46,517 bases of DNA from positions 1-46,517 of the forward strand of contig JBDTQJ010000001.1 of assembly GCA_039932235.1 (NCBI GenBank). The letters are read 5' to 3'. A program made the position numbers and the translations under genes. This document shows, piece after piece, positions 43,864 through 46,517 of the stretch (position 1 is its first letter; each line of letters opens with the position of its first letter). This stretch comes from Chloroflexota bacterium (GTDB taxonomy: Bacteria; Chloroflexota; Limnocylindria; QHBO01). Below the pieces are notes generated by a model. The model did no database searches and was not told the origin of the DNA. It worked only from the letters and a program-made list of their open reading frames with translations.

Positions 43864-45385
43864 CCGCGCGCGGGCGCTCGCCGTCCCGCTCGCCCTCCTC
43901 GCGACCGCAGCGGCTCCCGGGCTGGCGCTGGGTCACGCCATCGACGCCACGTTCCGCCTCCCCGTACCGCTGGCCCTGTACCTCGCCGCAGCGGGAATCG
44001 CGGTGGCCGCGTCGTTCGTCGTCTCGATCGTCATCGTGCGTCCCGCGACCGCCAACCCGGCCTATGCCCGACGGATCCCGCCGGCACTCCCGGCGCGGAT
44101 GCTCTCAGTCCTGCTGGCGCTCCTGGGCCTTGCGTGGTGGTTCGGCGCCATCTGGGTCGCGTACACGGTGGGCGATATCACCCAGCTCCCGGGCGTGCTG
44201 TTCTGGGTCGGCGTGTGGGTGGCGCTGCCGATGACGGCCGTCCTCCTCGGCAATCCGTGGCCATCCATGTCGCCGTTCCGCACCGTGCATGGCGCGCTGG
44301 AGTTCCTCGCGCGGCGGGTGGGAGTGAAGCGCCTCGACCTGGGCCTCCCCTACCCGCCGCGGGCGGCGCGCTGGCCGGCCGTCTTCCTGCTCGGCGCCAC
44401 GGTCTGGAGCGAGCTCGTGCTGCCGTCGGCAACCGCCCCTGACCGGGTCGGGCCACTCATGGTCGGCTATACCATCCTGGCCCTGCTCGGGATGCTGGCC
44501 TTCGGCCGCGTGGCATGGCTGCGCAACGGGGAGCTCTTCGAGGTCCTGCTCGGCTGGTTCGGGCGCATCGGGCCGATTGGGCGCCGTGTGATCGATCCGG
44601 TGGTCTGCGAGGGCTGCGAGCTGCGCTGCGACCCAGCGCGTTGCGTGGACTGCCCCGAATGCGCGGCGGCCGCGGAGCCCGGCGAGCGGCGCGCCGAGCT
44701 CCGCCCCTGGCTGGCCGGCCTGACCGAGGTGCGCCGCGCCGGCTGGTCGGACGCGGCCTTCATCGTCCTGGCCCTGGCCGGCGTCACGTACGACGGCATG
44801 CGCGAGACGTCGCTGTGGGGCAACGCGCTCAACGCGGCGCTGCCCGGTGCCACGTCGATGGTGGGGCCGTACTACGGCGTGATCAGCATCGACACCCTCG
44901 GGCTCATCGGTCTGTGGTCCGCCTTCTTCCTTGCCTTCGTGGTCGCCGCCTACCTGAGCCGGCTGCTCAACGCCCGGGATACCGGCCGTCTCCCGCTCGG
45001 CGGGGTGACCGGCGAGTACGCGGCGACGCTGCTGCCCATTGCTGCCGGCTACCTGCTGGCGCATTACGCGACGCTCATCATCCAGAACGTGCTGTACCTG
45101 CCGGACCTGCTGCGCGACCCGCTCACCAGCGTGGCACCCACCATCAACTTCATCCCCGTCGCGGTGGTCTGGTACGGCTCCGTGGCTGCCATCGTCATCG
45201 GGCACATCGCGGCGGTCGTGCTGGCGCACCGCATCGCGCTCCGCGATGCCCCCGGGCACCCGATCGTCGCCGGCCTGCCGATCGTGCTCCTGATGATCGG
45301 CTACACCGTGCTGAGCCTCTGGATCATCGCTCAGCCGATTGCGCTGGAGCCCAACGCGGCGCCGGTCAGCTTCCTCTGGCGGTGA
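43853..45385 (+). CDS. polytopic (~10 TM) membrane protein with hexacysteine loop, unknown family
   Basis: ATG at 43853 overlaps the lipoprotein gene by 11 nt. N-terminal signal-like segment ends ALGHA. Central loop VCEGCELRCDPARCVDCPEC. Conserved-looking His residues in late TMs (LLAHYA, VIGHIAAVVLAH). Confidence 0.65.
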   Translation: MSRNRARALAVPLALLATAAAPGLALGHAIDATFRLPVPLALYLAAAGIAVAASFVVSIVIVRPATANPAYARRIPPALPARMLSVLLALLGLAWWFGAIWVAYTVGDITQLPGVLFWVGVWVALPMTAVLLGNPWPSMSPFRTVHGALEFLARRVGVKRLDLGLPYPPRAARWPAVFLLGATVWSELVLPSATAPDRVGPLMVGYTILALLGMLAFGRVAWLRNGELFEVLLGWFGRIGPIGRRVIDPVVCEGCELRCDPARCVDCPECAAAAEPGERRAELRPWLAGLTEVRRAGWSDAAFIVLALAGVTYDGMRETSLWGNALNAALPGATSMVGPYYGVISIDTLGLIGLWSAFFLAFVVAAYLSRLLNARDTGRLPLGGVTGEYAATLLPIAAGYLLAHYATLIIQNVLYLPDLLRDPLTSVAPTINFIPVAVVWYGSVAAIVIGHIAAVVLAHRIALRDAPGHPIVAGLPIVLLMIGYTVLSLWIIAQPIALEPNAAPVSFLWR

Positions 45386-46110
45386 ATGGCGAGCCGCTGA
45401 CCCTCGCACTCGCGCTGGTGGCTGGCCTGGTGAGCTTCGTCTCGCCATGCGTCCTGGCGCTCATTCCGGTGTACCTGGCCTTCCTGTCGGAGGCGGCTGC
45501 CGCGCCCCTGGCGCGAGGAGGCCCCGACGGCGCCGGTGCGCCGCCGCCCACCCGTTCTGTCCTCGTCCAGGCGCTGCTGTTCGTCGCCGGGTTCGGCGCG
45601 GTGTTCGTGCTGCTCGGCATCTCGGCCGGGCTCATCGGCGCGCGGCTCTTCGCGGTTCCCGGGGTGCGGGAGGTCGCCGGCGTGCTGGTGGTCATCCTTG
45701 GGCTGGCCACCATGGCCGCGTGGGGGCCGCTCGCCACCACCGGCGCGCTGCCGGTCACCGCACAGCGGCTCCCGGTCGGGCGCTTCCTGAGGTCGGCGGC
45801 GCTGGGCGCGCTGGTCGGGATCGGCTGGACGCCGTGCATCGGGGCGGTCCTCGGCTCGATCCTGATGCTCGCCGGCTCCGCCCAGCAGGTTGGCCCAGCC
45901 GCGCTCCTCCTGACCGCCTACTCCATCGGCCTGGCCCTCCCGTTCCTGGCCGTCGCGGTGGCGCTCCCGCGCCTCCGGCCGCTGCTGACCTTCCTGCGCC
46001 GGCACCACCGTGGGGTCGAGCTCGTGTCGGGCGCCTTCATCGTCATGGTCGGGGTGATGATCCTGACCAACACGTTCACGGTGCTGGCCGGGCTCTTCAC
46101 GACGCTCTAG
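45382..46110 (+). CDS. ccdA: cytochrome c biogenesis protein CcdA / DsbD-family thiol-disulfide electron transporter
   Basis: GTG at 45382 in a GTGA overlap with the upstream gene. Paired Cys motifs SPCVLALIPVY and TPCIGAVLG in TM helices. Confidence 0.9.
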   Translation: MNGEPLTLALALVAGLVSFVSPCVLALIPVYLAFLSEAAAAPLARGGPDGAGAPPPTRSVLVQALLFVAGFGAVFVLLGISAGLIGARLFAVPGVREVAGVLVVILGLATMAAWGPLATTGALPVTAQRLPVGRFLRSAALGALVGIGWTPCIGAVLGSILMLAGSAQQVGPAALLLTAYSIGLALPFLAVAVALPRLRPLLTFLRRHHRGVELVSGAFIVMVGVMILTNTFTVLAGLFTTL

Positions 46111-46209
46111 GTCGTGCCCTCCTTCGGCGCAACACGCCCACGAGGAGAGGGCCGCACGCCCGAGCGCGTCCGACCCTCACCTCCGAAGCATGCAGACGGC
46201 GTGCCGTAT

Positions 46210-46449
46210 CTAGCGAGCCCGCTCGTGCCCAGCCTCGTCAGCCAGGAAGAGCCGCACCAGACCGCGCAGTCCGGCTTCCTGCGCCATGCGCGCCTCCAGG
46301 CGGACGGTGCGCTGGACCGCGCGTCGCTTGACGAGCTCGCAGTACTCGATTGTCGCAGCGAGCAGGGCTGCGTAGGCAAGGAGCTGCGCGAGCAGGTTCG
46401 AATCAACCATGACGGCGGGATCGTGATCTCGGAGGGCCTCGCTTGCCAT
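46210..46449 (-). CDS. hypothetical small protein (79 aa)
   Basis: ATG start, good GC3, helical composition. No family recognised. Confidence 0.35.
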   Translation of the reverse strand: MASEALRDHDPAVMVDSNLLAQLLAYAALLAATIEYCELVKRRAVQRTVRLEARMAQEAGLRGLVRLFLADEAGHERAR

Positions 46450-46517
46450 AGGCCGATCGTCCGGACACTTCCGGGGAGATCACCCAGCGCAATTGCGTTC
46501 GCCCGCGTGATGGGACA

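Overview
This is a very GC-rich chromosomal segment (roughly 70% by eye, not computed). Its gene content looks like a high-GC Gram-positive (Actinomycetota-like) genome. I support about 50 protein genes, one tRNA-Val(GAC), a few stem-loops and a few promoter/operator-like sites. All family calls come from motifs read in the supplied translations; no database search was run. Genes are tightly packed and many neighbours share ATGA, GTGA or TGATG start/stop overlaps. Most very long ORFs in the track are antisense or out-of-frame shadows typical of high-GC DNA.

I found no rRNA, CRISPR array, transposase, integrase or recognisable defence genes.

Recognisable content:
- DagK-like lipid kinase, DHFR-family protein and SGNH hydrolase
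- a PilZ-bearing BcsA-like cellulose synthase
- a sulfite-oxidase-family Mo enzyme and two aminotransferases
- msrB with a divergent marR
- DUF3090 plus a CX5R phosphatase
- LigD preceded by a HAD phosphatase
- pdxH-rbsK and sseA-sufE pairs
- an orphan receiver protein
- an ABC-2 exporter, small stress-type proteins and ccdA
- a 12-gene co-directional envelope-type cluster: SBP, MA-peptidase, 2x DUF881, TldD, PmbA, DUF951, MFS, GT2, amidohydrolase, small ORF, MurJ

Observations most worth follow-up:
1. An XRE-HTH/TPR regulator faces an unlisted 39-codon ORF that looks like an exported peptide. The ORF has its own Shine-Dalgarno and terminator, giving an RRNPP/Rgg-like signalling architecture.
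2. A 2.4 kb lower-GC islet is bounded by a 45/46-nt direct repeat of the 3' half of tRNA-Val. It has no integrase and contains frame-broken ORFs, so it looks like a decayed integrative element.
3. A lipoprotein, a 10-TM hexacysteine membrane protein and CcdA form a translationally coupled operon.
4. The long translationally chained TldD/PmbA-containing cluster listed above.

None of these is proven to be a new system; each is inference that needs comparative or experimental testing.
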